This document shows positions 11,560 to 25,295 of a DNA stretch of 64,000 nucleotides, in pieces. Location: contig NC_083283.1 of NCBI RefSeq assembly GCF_963506605.1, forward strand, positions 6,820,001-6,884,000, given 5' to 3'. Position 1 is the stretch's first letter; each line of letters starts with the position of its first letter. Under the pieces are notes generated by a model, which saw only the letters and a list, made by a program, of their open reading frames with translations, did no database searches and had not been told where the DNA came from. Origin of the DNA: Zootoca vivipara. Lineage: Eukaryota. Both the position numbers and the translations under genes were made by a program.

Positions 11560-11653
11560 AAATAAAAACTTAGTTGGTCTTTAAGCTGCTACTGAAGGAA
11601 TTTTTTTATTTTACTTCGACCCAGACCAACACGGCTACCTACCTGTAACCAGA
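11521..11653 (+). mobile_element. 133-bp ORF-less Penelope pLTR-end insertion with intact hammerhead motif
   Basis: Two mismatches seen versus pLTR 53684-53816; 7-bp TSD ATTATGG (11514-11520, 11654-11660); empty paralogous sites at ~7210 and ~28597. Confidence 0.9.
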
Positions 11654-12031
11654 ATTATGGGGAAAGTAACTATATATGCAATAATTATATGCAGAAGCAT
11701 TCCAAAACATTATGGGAGTAATTAACGATCTAGACCTCAGACCACATCCAGTTCTCAATCCTTGGGTTCAATCCTTCTGCAGCAGTCCAACAGTAAGTTA
11801 ATTCCTCTCTTTTGAAACATCAGATTTACTTTCATTAATTCCTGCCCCCTCCCCCTCTCTCTCTCTCACACACAGAGAGCATGATTGCAGGAGCTGGGTT
11901 GGAAGACAGTAATCTTTCTCTGCCACCCATCCGGTGCTTTGTGCCATTCTGATGATGAGTGTTACTTGCTCAGGCAGATTTTTGATTAGCCTTTTATGTC
12001 AGCAGCTTGCTGCCTCTCAATTGCATTTGAG

Positions 12032-12258
12032 TAGGGGGCAGGAAACTTTTTCCGCTGGGGGGCTGGTCCACCTTCCCTCAGACCTTGTGGGGGGCCGGAC
12101 AATATTTTGAAAAAAATAAAATAACACAGAGATGCATTTTAAATAAGAGGACACATTCTACTCATGTAAAATCATGCTGATTCCCAGACCGTCCACGGAC
12201 CGGATTTAGAAGGCTATGGGGCCAGATCCGGCCTCCGGGCCTTATTTTGGGGCACCTG
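12032..12258. mobile_element. hAT-Charlie MITE (duplicated with the unit)
   Basis: Paralog of 7587-7810 with the same flanks. Confidence 0.75.
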
Positions 12259-12596
12259 CATTAGAGCCTTTGGACATTGTGGTGGGTCACTTAGGTTGTG
12301 CCAGTGAAAAGCTAATCAGCTTAAGAGGAGTCCAGTCGTCTTCTCTCCTGCTCAGAGGTGGCTCTTTGCTCTGCAATGCAGAGTGAACTGCCTGGTTTCC
12401 CCTGAATGCTTTCTTCTCCTGCCCCATCCCAATACTTCTTCATAAGGGTTGACTAGAATGATGTGTCAAGGTGAGTCTTTCTCCATGGTGATTCTGGTTC
12501 TTCACCATATAAGGAGTCTCAGAGAAGTTTGGATATAGGCTTGATGCCTAGCATTGAGTGGAAAGTTCATTGTGGCGTGATATGGAACCATCTCCC

Positions 12597-13008
12597 TGTT
12601 GGGATCCACAAAATGCAGTGTGAGATAGTAAGTCTGCAGGCCTGAGTGTACTTGTAAAGTGAAACTAGCTGATGCAAGTGGCTGGTGCAAACTTTCTATA
12701 GTTTTGCTGGGTCAGAATAACTCAGCAGTAATGTGCTGTCAGTTGATTGGCTGTCATCGGTTTAAAAGGGAAACCTTTCCAGAAGTGAGTGTGGTGGTTT
12801 TGTAGAAGGGTGTGGTCAGTGAGAGGATTAGAGAGAGAGACGTCTTCCTACACGCCTTAAGGTGCAGCCATGTATCCTGGTTATTTGTGTGAACTCCTTG
12901 TGTATCATAGCCTGTAGATATTTGTATATAGCTCACAATAAATATACTGCCTGAAGAACCTGGAACTCTTAACATTTCTGCTAAAGTGCCGTGAAGGAAT
13001 TCACGACA
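12597..13008 (+). mobile_element. Probable solo LTR
   Basis: TGTTGGGAT...TTCACGACA ends, ATTGG, TTTAAAA and AATAAA motifs; absent from paralog at ~29350; no clear TSD. Confidence 0.5.
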
Positions 13009-13234
13009 CTAAACCCCGGTATAGTGAGTCAGACACACACACACACACACACACACACACCCCGGTATCCTCTGGTGTTTCCCCCCCAAAATATTATTGG
13101 AAAGATAAACATTGATGTCATGAATCACTTCTGCTAATTGTCACATTGCCCTCTGAAGGTGTACAGGGCAGAATTTTGTGGATTTCTATATGCACATAGC
13201 TATAATTTCTATATCACTACATCCATATAATAAG

Positions 13235-13370
13235 CAGGGCTCTTTTTCAACTGGAACTGACAGGAACTCAGTTCCAGCACCTCTCAGGTGGGTGCCATTA
13301 CAATTATAAGAGACCAGGTGAGGCCTTCATGCTGAGTTTCTGCACCTCTTTTTCTAGAAAAATAGCACAG
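13235..13370. mobile_element. Short hAT-like MITE
   Basis: CAGGGCTCTTTTT...AAAAATAGCACAG ends; family copies at ~18235, ~29529 and inverted at 51479-51607. Confidence 0.55.
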
Positions 13371-13780
13371 AAAATGGGGGTTATAGTGGTGGAATATTCC
13401 ATCATTCACTTTTCAAAAAATCATTGATAAATCTTTATTCTCTTTTCTTCAAACATTTTGGCCTTACATGTGAAGATTTCTTTACTTCATTCCCTTTGGC
13501 AAGGAATCTGTTTTCTATACCATTTAGCAAGTCATCCCACCCAACTCAAAGTCTGTTGAAACGGCATTTCTTTTTATTTCATTTTCTAAAACATACAAAA
13601 CATTAATCCTGCAAAATAGGCAATCTAAGGGGCTTTTAACGATACTGCTAAAATGAGGACAAAAATTAACGGAGTAAATGAATTTAAAAAATTAAAAATA
13701 ATAGTGAGTAGAGAGGAAAACAAGTACCAAGAAAAACACCAAGCGATAGAAATGAAGCTTTCTGAGCTATTTTGAAGTCT

Positions 13781-14773
13781 TCACATCCGGGTTTGAACTG
13801 GAACTTCTCGCTTCTCTCTGCAGTTTTCCTCCTCTTTGAAAAGTCTCCTGAGTATGACCTTCATGCTCTCCCTAGATCGAGCCCTCTTGTTTCTCCCAAT
13901 CAGGAAATAAATCAGTGGATTAATACTACAATTCAGGCAGCTGCATAATAATGCAACAGATATTGTCACAGATTCTACATTATTATTTATAAGTGGAGTG
14001 AAAAAACAGATTAATAAAACGCAAGTTAATGGGAAAGCTAAGAAGAGGAAGAAGAGGAGGGCAAGTAGAATGGCTGTTAAAGCTTTTCCCTTCTTCCTCT
14101 GTTTTGATCTAAAGTAAACTTTTATAAACAGGACCAGAGTTGAAACAGTCATGAGTGGGAGGCAAAGCATAGCATTTACTAGAAGCAGGTAGAAAAAGGG
14201 ATACCTTGTAACTGTAAAAATCAAAAGAACCATGCCATTTACAGTGAGCAGGAAAGAAATGATCCATATCGAAGCACACACAAGGGTGGAAAAGTGTGGT
14301 GGTTGGTGGCATCGATGCCAAAGGGGGAAGACGACAGAAACACACCTGTCCATGCTAATGGCTGTCAACAGATATTGACCAGTGTTGTACATGAAGAAAA
14401 ATGAACACTCGAAAACTGATAACAAATGAAGATTGGTAATTGTGTCTGAAAATGAACTCAGAACTTTCATGATCAAAAAAGAAGATAAAGACATGAGAGC
14501 CCCAAGGTCAGCAACAGCCAGATGGAGTATGAAAATGGTGAAAGGATTCCTCCTCATGCAAAAAACAAGAAACCAGGTGACAGTTCCATTCCCCATAACT
14601 CCAAAAATACTAAAAAGTAAAATGGAGACGGAGATAAGAATGTTTGCTATAAGATATGGTGATAATTCATAATCAAAACCATCCTTGGGGGATAGGTCAG
14701 TTCCATTTTCTGCTCCAATATCTTCCCATGAAGCATTCAAAGTGGACCAGGATTCCAGGCTATCATTGCTCAT
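13781..14773 (-). CDS. MAS-related GPCR copy 3, 330 aa
   Basis: Intact 7TM ORF; true ATG (MSNDSL) at 14773; the longer GTG-initiated ORF reads through the splice acceptor. Confidence 0.9.
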   Translation of the reverse strand: MSNDSLESWSTLNASWEDIGAENGTDLSPKDGFDYELSPYLIANILISVSILLFSIFGVMGNGTVTWFLVFCMRRNPFTIFILHLAVADLGALMSLSSFLIMKVLSSFSDTITNLHLLSVFECSFFFMYNTGQYLLTAISMDRCVSVVFPLWHRCHQPPHFSTLVCASIWIISFLLTVNGMVLLIFTVTRYPFFYLLLVNAMLCLPLMTVSTLVLFIKVYFRSKQRKKGKALTAILLALLFFLFLAFPLTCVLLICFFTPLINNNVESVTISVALLCSCLNCSINPLIYFLIGRNKRARSRESMKVILRRLFKEEENCREKREVPVQTRM

Positions 14774-16832
14774 CTTGCTGGATCTCTGCTTTTTAGCTAA
14801 TGCTTGCAAGGCTCTTCCTACAAGAATAAAATAGAGAAATGTGGATAAAGAAATAAATAATGAGTTTTGGCTATAAAGCTCAACGATATTAAGGTGATAC
14901 ACTCAAACAATAATAAAAGAGACATGCTGTAGTGAGAATATTGCTCTATGTTTGTCAAAATTTATCAGCTTCAAAGGCTTTTTTGGGGGGGTGGGTGCAG
15001 TTTGTCAATGGGTTATGGATTTCTCCAAGTAAAAAAATCTGCAGGCACAACATTTCTGATCTAAAATTCTCATTTTCTGGTCTCTGACTCAGGCTTAAGA
15101 TCTGAAACTAACCTCTCCTGTCGTAGACATTGCGAGTGGGATGGTTGGGTGGTGGAGAAGAGGAGTGGGAGATGGAGTTGAACAGCTCTTGTGATTAGGG
15201 AAACAAAAGCCAGAATGAATTGGGAAGGCATCTGTAATTTTATTATTCTTAAAATGTGATATTGAACAAAAGTGGATAAAATAAAACTCAAGTCGAATTG
15301 AGATTGATAAGAAATATGAAAATCAGAAAAAGACCCACAATAGATTAGCCAAACAGCATGATTTAGTCCATCCTGCCTATTACTTTCTGCTCTGACTGGA
15401 TTTGGAAACCAAAAATTCCTGCCTTCTTTACTAGCCATCCACGTGTATCCTTCGAACTGAAGACCCCATGGAGTTAGCTTGGCCCACCTACCGGTATCTG
15501 CAAAAGGTGCACAGCATTGCTATTCAACTACACTTGCCTCCTACCTTTGCTAATGAATGAAATCAAATTTAGCTATTTGCATACCTGTCTAAAACTTTGG
15601 ATCAGCATCCCTCAGGCATGGTGAGTGGGAGCAGCAAGCGGTGCTGGAATAAGCAGGTAAACAGTAGATTTGCAGAAATTGTTAAGATGCCTCATCTGGT
15701 TCTTAGCAAGATTGTGTGGGATCCTTCCCATGTGTCTTCATTTCTGGGTAATCCATTTGCCAGCAATATGTGATAAGATGGTTGTATTCCACATTGGGTC
15801 TCAGGATAGCATTTGACAATCTCTTGCCTTCTAAAGTTCAGTGTGCCAAGCAGGCACACTTGAGAATAGAGAGTTTGCAAGTGGTAAGCAAGCCCAACTT
15901 CTCTTTGTCCTTATCTGGAGAAATATCTTTATTGATTAGAGTGTCACCTGACCCATTAACAGAAAGACCAACCAGTGTATTCAGAGAGTAATCATCTTGC
16001 CATTGGTTCTTCTGGGGAAGAACGTAGGTTGGGGTGCAGAACTATATCTGAAGAACATAAAAGAGAGTCTTGCTAGATCAGTTCACTGTCCTCTTGTCAC
16101 AGTGGCCAAACAGATGCTTCAAGAAGCCCACAAACAGCTTCTGAACACTTCTGCCCTATCCCAGGTGCATCAGTTCTTTAAAGCTTCTATTTTTTGGAGT
16201 ACTCTTCATTCCATCCTGTGTGTGAGAGAGACCTATTGCAATCCCCCCTTCCGCCTGGTTCTTCGTTTTTCTCCCACACAGTCATTCAATAGCGCATGCC
16301 GCTGAATCTTCTTCTGTTTGTTCTGGGGGGTTTAATGCCCCTCTCAGAGCTACTGAAGCATGCCTCTTATACAATGGTGGTATAGTTTTGAAAACTGGAG
16401 TCCAAACATGGGAAGTATCAACTTGATATTACTGCACATGAGACTCAAATATGGGCTATAGAAGACTCTATATGAGAGTGGTATGCTGGGCACATGTTTA
16501 TGACCGTTAAATATCAGGACATTGTTATCTGCCACCAGAGCTATCTTGCTTGAACATCTGCAGAAGATAGTTGGGTGTTCTCTGTGAGAGAAGACGGTTA
16601 CAAAAGCATCAGACCCAAAACTTATATTATCCGGAAAGTAACTACAGTATATATGTAATAATTATATGCAAAAGCATTCCAAACATTATGGGGGTAATTA
16701 AAGTTCTGGGCCTCAGACCACATCCAGTTCTCAACCCTTGGGCTAAGTCATTCAGTATCAGTATAACAGCAAGTTAATTCCTCTTTGAAACATCAGATTT
16801 ACTTTCATTAATTCCCCCCCCTTCTCTCTCTC

Positions 16833-16882
<50 letters not shown>

Positions 16883-17034
16883 CATGATTTCTGGAGTTGT
16901 GTTGGAAGACAGTAATCTTTCTCTGCCACCCATCAGGTTCTTTGTGCCATTCTGATGACGAGTGTTACTTGCTCAGGCAGATTTTTGATTAGCCTTTTAT
17001 GTGAGCAGCTTGCTGCCTCTCAATTGCATTTGAG

Positions 17035-17266
17035 TAGGGGTCAGCAAAATTTTTCAGCAGGGGGGCTGGTCCACCTTCCCTCAGACCTTGTGGGGGGCCG
17101 GACTATATTTTGAAATTTTTTTTTAATAATAACCCAGAGATGCATTTTAAATAAAAGGACACATTCTACTCATGTAAAATCATGCTGATTCCCGGACTGT
17201 CCGCGGGCCGGATTTAGAAGGCGATTGGGCCAGATCCGGCCCCCGGGCCTTAGTTTGGGGCACCTG
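17035..17266. mobile_element. hAT-Charlie MITE (duplicated with the unit)
   Basis: Paralog of 7587-7810 and 12032-12258. Confidence 0.75.
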
Positions 17267-17604
17267 CATTAGAGCCTTTGGACATTGTGGTGGGTCACTT
17301 AGGTTGTGCCAGTGAAAAGCTAATCAGCTTAAGAGGAGTCCAGTCGTCTTCTCTCCTGCTCAGAGGTGAGTCTTTGCTCTGCAATGCAGAGTGAACTGCC
17401 TGGTTTCCCCTGGCTGCTTTATTCTCCTGCCCCATCCCAATCCTTCTTCATAAGGGTTGACTAGAATGATGTGTCAAGGTGAGTCTTTCTCCATGGTGAT
17501 TCTGGTTCTTCACCATATAAGGAGTCTCAGAGAAGTTTGGATATAGGCTTGATGGCTAGCATTGAGTAGAAAGCTCATTTTGGCACGATATGGAACCTTC
17601 TCCC

Positions 17605-18017
17605 TGTTGGGATCCACAAAATGCTGTGTGAGATAGTAAGTCTGCAGGCCTGAGTGTACTAGTAAAGTGAAAGTAGCTGATGCAACTGGCTGGTGCAATA
17701 CTTTCTATAGTTTTGCTGGGTCAGAATAACTCAGCAGTAATGTGCTGTCAGTTGATTGGCTGTCATTGGTTTAAAAGGGAAACCTTTCCAGAAGTGAGTG
17801 TGGTGGTTTTGTATAAGGGTGTGGTCAGTGAGAGGATTAGAGAGAGAGACGTCTTCCTACATGCCTTAAGGTGCAGCCACGTATCCTGCTTATTTGTGTG
17901 AACTCCTTGTGTATCATAGCCTGTAGATATTTGTATATAGCTCACAATAAATATACTGCCTGAAGAACCTGGAACTCTTAACATTTCTGCTAAAGTGCCG
18001 TGAAGGAATTCACGACA
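17605..18017 (+). mobile_element. Probable solo LTR (duplicated with the unit)
   Basis: Near-identical to 12597-13008 with identical flanks. Confidence 0.5.
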
Positions 18018-18774
18018 CTAAATCCCGGTATAGTGAGTCAGACACACACACACACACACACACACTCCGGTATCCTCTGGTGTTTTCCCCCAAAAACATT
18101 ATTGGAAAGATAAACATTGATGTCATGAATCACTTCTGCTAATTGTCACATTGCCCTCTGAAGGTGTACAGGGCAGAATTTTGTGGATTTCTATATGCAC
18201 ATAGTTATAATTTCTATATCACTACATAATAAGCAGGGCTCTTTTTCAGCTGGAACTGACAGGAACTCAGTTCCAGCACCTCTCAGGTGGGTGCCATTAC
18301 AATTATAAGAGACCAGGTGAGGCCTTCATGCTGAGTTTCTGCACCTCTTTTTCTAGAAAAATAGCACAGAAAATGGGGGTTATAGTGGTGGAATATTCCA
18401 TCATTCACTTTTCAAAAAATCATTGATAAATCTTTATTCTCTTTTCTTCAAACATTTTGGCCTTACATGTGAAGATTTCTTTACTTCATTCCCTTTGGCA
18501 AGGAATCTGTTTTCTATGACATTTAGCAAGTCATCCCACCCAACCCAAAGTCTGTTGAAACGGCATTTCTTTTTATTTCATTTTCTAAAATATACAAAAC
18601 ATTAATCCTGCAAAATAGGCAATCCAAGGGGCTTTTAACGATACCCCTAAAATGAGGACAAAAATTATCAGAGTAAATGAATCCAATAAAATAAAATAAA
18701 TAGTACAGAGGAAAAGAAGTACAAAGAAATACGCCGAGATAGAAAATGAAGCTTTCTGAGCTATTTTGAAGTCT

Positions 18775-19758
18775 TCACATTCGGGTTTGAACTGGAACTT
18801 CTCGCTTCTCTCTGCAGTTTTCCTCCTCTTTGAAAAGCCTCTGGAGTATGACCTTCATGCTCTCCCTAGATCGAGCCCTCTTGTTTCTCCCAATCAGGAA
18901 ATAAATCAGTGGGTTAATACTGCTATTCAGGCAGCTGCATAAAAACCCAACAGATGTAACAAATTGCACATTGTTGTCTATAAGTGGAGTGAAAAAACGG
19001 ATTAATAAAATGCAAGTAAATGGGAACGCTAAGAAGAGGAAGACGAGGAGGGCAACTAGAATGGCTGTTAAAGCTTTTCCATTCTTCCTCTGTTTTGATC
19101 TAAAGTAAACTTTTATAAACAGGACCAGAGTGGAAACAGTCATGAGCGGGAGGCAAAGGATAGCATTCACTAGAAGCAGGTAGGAAAAGGGATACGTTGT
19201 AACTCTAAAAATAGAAGGAATCATGCCGATTACAGTGAGCAGGAAAGAAATGATCCATATTGTGGCACAAACAAGGGTGGAAAAGTGTGGTGGTCGGTGG
19301 CATCGATGCCAAAGGGGGAAGATGACAGAAACACACCTGTCCATGCTAATGGCTGTCAACAGATATTGACCCGTGTTGTACATAAACATAAAAAAATACA
19401 AGAACAAATCCATATAGGGAGGTGAAAATGAAAATAACGCCAGAAGAAGCATTATCAAAAGAGAGCATAAGCACATGAGAACCCCAAGGTCAGCAACAGC
19501 CAGATGTAGTATGAAAGTGGTGAAAGGATTCCTCTTCATGCAAAAACCAAGAAACCAGATGACAGTTCCATTCCCCATAAGTCCAAGAATGCTAATAACT
19601 GGAATTAAGAGAACAAGAATAATTCCTGCTATAGGATATGTTGATAATTCATGATCAAAACCGTCCTGGGGGGTTAGGAGGTCAGTTCCATTTTCTGCTC
19701 CAATATCTTCCCATGAACCATTCAAAGTGGACCAGGATCCCAGGCCATCATTGCTCAT
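18775..19758 (-). CDS. MAS-related GPCR copy 4, 327 aa
   Basis: Intact 7TM ORF, near-identical to copy 2. Confidence 0.92.
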   Translation of the reverse strand: MSNDGLGSWSTLNGSWEDIGAENGTDLLTPQDGFDHELSTYPIAGIILVLLIPVISILGLMGNGTVIWFLGFCMKRNPFTTFILHLAVADLGVLMCLCSLLIMLLLALFSFSPPYMDLFLYFFMFMYNTGQYLLTAISMDRCVSVIFPLWHRCHRPPHFSTLVCATIWIISFLLTVIGMIPSIFRVTTYPFSYLLLVNAILCLPLMTVSTLVLFIKVYFRSKQRKNGKALTAILVALLVFLFLAFPFTCILLIRFFTPLIDNNVQFVTSVGFLCSCLNSSINPLIYFLIGRNKRARSRESMKVILQRLFKEEENCREKREVPVQTRM

Positions 19759-19828
19759 CTTGCTGGATCTCTACTTTTGAGCTACTCCTTGCATGGCTCT
19801 TCCTAGCAGGAGAAAATAAAGAAATGTG

Positions 19829-20080
19829 GAGTCAGTTTTGGTGTAGTTGTTAAGAGCGGTAGACTCCTAATCTGGGGAACCAGGTTCGCATCTCCGCTCC
19901 TCCACATGCAGCTGCTGGGTGACCTTGGGCTAGTCACACTTCTCTGATGTCTCTCAGCCTCACTCACCTCACAGAGCGTTTGTTGTGAGGTAGGAAGGGA
20001 AAGGAGATCGTTATCCGCTTTGGGACTTCTTAAGGAGAGTGGAAGGTGGGATATCAAGTCCAAACTCCTCCTCTTCTTTT
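19829..20080 (+). mobile_element. tRNA-derived MIR-like SINE
   Basis: Same position and sequence family as the 9189 copy. Confidence 0.7.
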
Positions 20081-22344
20081 CGCCATAAAGCTAAACTATA
20101 TTAAACTGTGATATTCAATCAAAAATAAAAGAGACATGCTAGAGCAGAAATTCATGACTGATAAACAAACAAAGAAACACTTTAGGAATATTGTTCATTG
20201 GAATGTTTGTCAAAAGGCTTAGGGGGGAGATGCAGTTCGCCGAGGGGTTAAGGATTTTTCTTCCAAATAAAAAATCTGCAAGAACAGCATGAGTAAGCAC
20301 ATCATTTTTTAACTAAAATTACCCTCTTCTGCTCTCTGAGTCATTCTTAACATCTAAAACTAACATATAGTGTCCTAAACACAGAGTGGGATGGTTGGAT
20401 GGGCTCAGTGATTCAAATCTGGAGTGGAGAAAAGGAAGGGTTGTAGCAATTGAGCATTAAATTAAAAGGAAGGGTTGTAGCAACAAAAGCCATTATTATT
20501 ATTAGTAGTAGTAGTAGTACCCCACCCATCTGACAGGATTTCCAGGATGTTTCCCAGCACAAATACCTCATTATTGACATTGATTTTCTCCACTCTCATA
20601 TCTTATGGAATATGCCCCATTGCCAATTTCTAATTAGGAAAATGCTTGACTTTTGGTCAGAGAGTCCCACCAACACCACTGCATGAGATGATATAGCACA
20701 TAATTAAAAAAACAAAAACAAAAACATTAAAAATAAATAAATAGTTAAGAAGAAATTAAAAGAACAGCAAAAAAAAAACCAACAACTGCAGGCTTCACTC
20801 ATCTAACACCTCCGGGTATTGGGCGCTATATGAATTCAATAAATAATAATCTGCCATTGAAAAAAATGGAAAGAGGGTTTTCTTCTATCTCTCCTCAGAG
20901 ATTTACAATTCGTGCAAATTAACAAATAGATTTATAATAGTAAGATACTGAGTTCAGAGTAGAACAAGATATCTAAGAAGAGATAGAAAATGGGGTATTC
21001 TGGGGGTGAAATTTAATCAGCTTTTTATTAATGCCTTTCTGTTACAAAGCAAACAGATAAACAGGTAATGTGACATCTGCCAGAGCTTCAAATCTGCAGT
21101 GGAGAAGGGGAACAGGAACAGGAGTTGAACAGCCGTAGTGATCAGGAAAAGAAAAGCCATTATGATTATTACTACCCCACACATCTGATTGGGTTCCCCA
21201 GCCACAGTGGACAGCTTTCAACATAAATAAAATCATAACGAAACAATGCTTTGGGAAGGCATGTGTAAGTTTTCATTATTATTAAAATGTGATATTTAAC
21301 AAAACCAGATTAAATAAAACTCAAGTCAAATCCACTGCCCTGGTCTCACAGTGGCCAAACAGATGCTTTGGAACACAAACGTCCTCTCTTCTTCTTCTGT
21401 GCTTTTCTTCTGGTCCACCGGCTCTTTAATTTTCCAACCCTTCACTCGGGGGCAACTTTGACATTTGTGGGAGACCAACCTGCTTTTTTTGAGGGCATGG
21501 GGGCACTTCTGTACAATCTCAGATACGATGACATTCCTCAGATGAAAATAGGTACATTTTCCACTCCTATCCTATTGAGCCTCCTCAACCCCTATTTTTT
21601 TTTGTCTCTCACATAGCATTTACAACTGAAGAAAGACAAGTGCCACCACCAGTAAACTGTTTATGGAAAAACCAATATGAACCATAGCAGAAAATTAGAA
21701 CACAAGTTAAAGTGAATAATGCATGTACACTTCAGCCTTTGGTTCCTCTCCCACTTTTGAAAATGAGCTATGTCAACTTGAGACATTCACATACCTGTGA
21801 GCAACTGTTGATCAGCAGTCAAAAGACCAGGTGAGTTGAAGGCAACAAGAAGCACAAAATCATGTGCTGGAATGAAGAGGCAGTCAGAAGACTGGCAGAA
21901 TTGACTACAGCCCCAAGGAGGAGAAAATAGATGTATCACCAAGCTCTCCGTAAGATGTTTAGTGCCCCACCCATTACGCTTCATTTGTTCTTAAGCAGTT
22001 TGCCAACATCCTGTGACAAGAAGATTTTTGTTCATTGGTTGTTGAGAGAGCTGATTAAACAGGAGGTTCTTACCTCCAAAGTCTTGATGCCATAGAGAAG
22101 CATTCTTGAGAAAAGTGAGTAAATAAGTTGCAGGGAGCAACTGGGTGAGGCTCAAAACTACAGTGCCTGGGATTCTTTGGGGGGAAATGATATGCTTTGA
22201 AGGCATGGTATCTATGGAGCCCCACAAGCATAACTATGGAACCTGGAAGGGGGCAGGGGGGGGGCTCTGAACGACTAAGAAGGGGAAAATGGTTAAACAG
22301 GTGGGAGAGGAGAACAGAATGGAATGGTTGGATGCGATGGCACG

Positions 22345-22389
<45 letters not shown>

Positions 22390-23582
22390 ATGTATGTTAA
22401 GGTCTATGTGCAGTAAATAACAAGACATGTTGTGGCTAGATCATTTTCCTTGTTAAACTGAGGGCGCATCCACTCTTCCACCAGTCCCATTCCAAAAAGG
22501 CACAGTTTCAAGTCTTTTCCAGGGACCTTCCAGGCAGTGGTCCAAGTGGACTTGCCTTTGCTGTGCAGCTTCCCCCTGAAAAACACGCTCGTTGCCTCTG
22601 AATTGGAATGAACAGCAATCTGCAGAAAACCCAATGGTCATTTGTTTTGATTCAGCAGTAAAGAGAAGGTTTTCCTGGTGGGAAATGGAAGGCCAAATGA
22701 GGTGTGGAAGAGCCCTGAGTACCTGTTTTTATATGCCCCGTGAGATGTTAGAGGGTCAGCCATAGACATGAATGGAGACATTTGGAAATTTGTGTAATTT
22801 GAATTGGGCAGATATGGCCATTATCTATTTTCACAATAAATATATTAATTAAATGGCTGTGGGGAAGTCACAAATGTAGAGGGGATCCCAAAATCTACCC
22901 ATTGCTCACTGCAAAAGGATTTGGGGAAATGACAGAGAAGAAACAGGGAACTGATTACTTGAAATACTCACCTCTTGTTCCAGCCAAAACCCTAGACATT
23001 AGCCTCTATGTTCCAAGTATACATTTTGTATTTCTTTGGATTTCAAGCATGGGCAAAGTGCCTCTAACTGTGATGTTCGTTCTGCTGCTACGGTAGTCGT
23101 CTTTTCCCTTCTTGTTGCAACCTAGTTGCAAAACTAACCACCACACCATTTCTCATTCTCACACAATCAGCACTTAGCTGTTATGTTTGGGACAGAAATT
23201 TGGTAACAGATGTCACTGAGTTGTGCCTGAGTACTAAGAATAATTTCATTTGTGAATCTGAAGACTTCCTTCAATTTCTTGGTTCTCAGTTTCACACCTA
23301 TAATCTGAGAGGATAACCAAAGTGAGCCAAGGTATTGGGAAAACAACAGTAGCAGGGACAAAGAGGATATGTAGCTTTTGTTACTATTTATCCAATTTTG
23401 TTTCTTAGAGTAACACATCTGGGTCAGTTCCTAAATCCACATATTAAATACACAGACAAACAATCAAGTCAGTCATGGCTCACATATGAAAAAAACAACA
23501 ATGATATTTTAATCTACACTTTATTGTACCCTAATCTGCTCTCATCCGGGCTCTCTAATCACAGAATGCATATAGGAAAGAA

Positions 23583-23836
23583 CAGGGGACAGCAACCCTT
23601 TCCAGCAGGGGGCCAGTCCACTGTCCCTCAGACCTTATGGAGGGGCCAGACAATATTTTGTAGAAAAAAAATATGAACGAATTCCTAATCCCCACAAACA
23701 ACCCAGAGATGCATTTTATATAAAAGGACACATTCTACTCATGTAAAAACATGCTAATTCCTGGACTGTCTGCTGGCTGGATTTAAAAGGTGTTTGGGCC
23801 GGATCCAGCCCCCGGGTCTTAGTTTGCCTACCCATG
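23583..23836. mobile_element. hAT-Charlie MITE, independent insertion
   Basis: Same family as 7587-7810; TSD GGAAAGAA / GTAAAGAA. Confidence 0.75.
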
Positions 23837-24842
23837 GTAAAGAATAACAGGAATACCATTTATGTCACAAAGAAACTGGCATCTCTTCAAGAGTATTCCT
23901 CCTGCATGCCCACCTCTGCCACCCAATTATGGTTCTCTCTTGGCTTTTACACACTAATTTCTATCTGTTCTACTTTCTGTTCTTGTCAATATCATGAGGT
24001 GAGATCCCCCCCTCCCAATTGGTTATCAAGATGGGTTGTGTAGGAGGAGATTCTTCACTGCATGCAAGGTTGTATCAAACATAAGAAACACCAGAAGAAG
24101 AAAAATAATTCATTAAGACAAGCCCTCTATGAAGAGCAACTCTTCAGCTTGATTTTTATGATTTGTTTTCTTCTTACGGGGTGCCTTATGTTTGATATCT
24201 GTTGTACTATTACTATAGCAGCAGGATCAGTGGGAAGTGGAGGAGAGGTGGGTGGGCTTACAACAAATACCTTTCTACTCAGATCCGCTTCCTCACATTA
24301 CAATGTCTTTGTCCATCTCTCACATGGGGAAGGGTGAACTGCTCAGCTCTGAATATGCTTGGCTGTTCATACTATCCAACACTCAGGTGTCAGAATCATT
24401 CCCTTTCCTCACCATTCAGACTTTCTGACATCAATCCCCAATTCTATTTACGGGATTTCCAGTATGTTTCCCAGCACAAATACCTCTTCATTGACCTTGA
24501 TTTTCTCCACTCTCATATCTTATGGAATATGGCCCACTGCCAATTTCTAATTAGGAAAATGCTTGACTTTTGGTCCGAGAGCCCCACCACCATCCCTACA
24601 TGAGCTGATATAGCAGGTGATTTTTAAAATAAAATAATAAATAAAAAATTGAAAATAATAAATAGGTAAGAAAAAATTAAAAGAACCACAAAGAACTGCA
24701 GGCTTCGCTCATCTGACGCTTCTGGGTATATATAATTTCAATAAATATTAAACAGCCATTCAAAAGAAATGGCGGGAGGGTTTACTTCTATGTCTCCACA
24801 GAGATATACAATATATGGATATTAACAAATAGATTTATAATT

Positions 24843-25100
24843 CTGTGGTACCTCGGGCTAAGAGCTTAATTTGTTCAGGAGGTCCGTTCATAACCTGAAA
24901 CTGTTATTAACCTGAAGCATCACTTTAGCTATTGGGGCCTCCTGCTGCCGCTGAACCACCACCTCACGATTTCTGTTCTCATCCTGAAGCAAAGTTCTTA
25001 ACCCGAGGTGCTATTTCTGGATTAGCGGAGTCTGTAACCTGAAGCGTCTGTAACCTGAAGTGTCTGTAACCTGAAGCGTCTGTAACCAGAGGTACCACTG
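24843..25100. mobile_element. Tigger-like MITE
   Basis: Paralog of 3273-3658 lacking the nested hAT element. Confidence 0.8.
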
Positions 25101-25295
25101 TAATAAGATACTGAGTTCAGAATAGAACAAGTACCAAGAAATATAAAAAGAAATAGAAGATGAAGCTTTCGGGGGGGGGGAATCACTCAGTTTTTTTTAT
25201 TATAAAGCCTATGTGTTACAAAGAAAACATATAAACAAGGAAAGATACAGTACATCTGTTGTCTCCACTTTCAGTTCACAATCTTTTTTCACTTT

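Noticed and set aside
14774-14902. 43-aa N-terminal extensions of GPCR ORFs (also 4968-5096, 26414-26542)
   Set aside because: They start at GTG and run through a polypyrimidine/AG splice acceptor; the equivalent region in copies 2 and 4 has an in-frame stop
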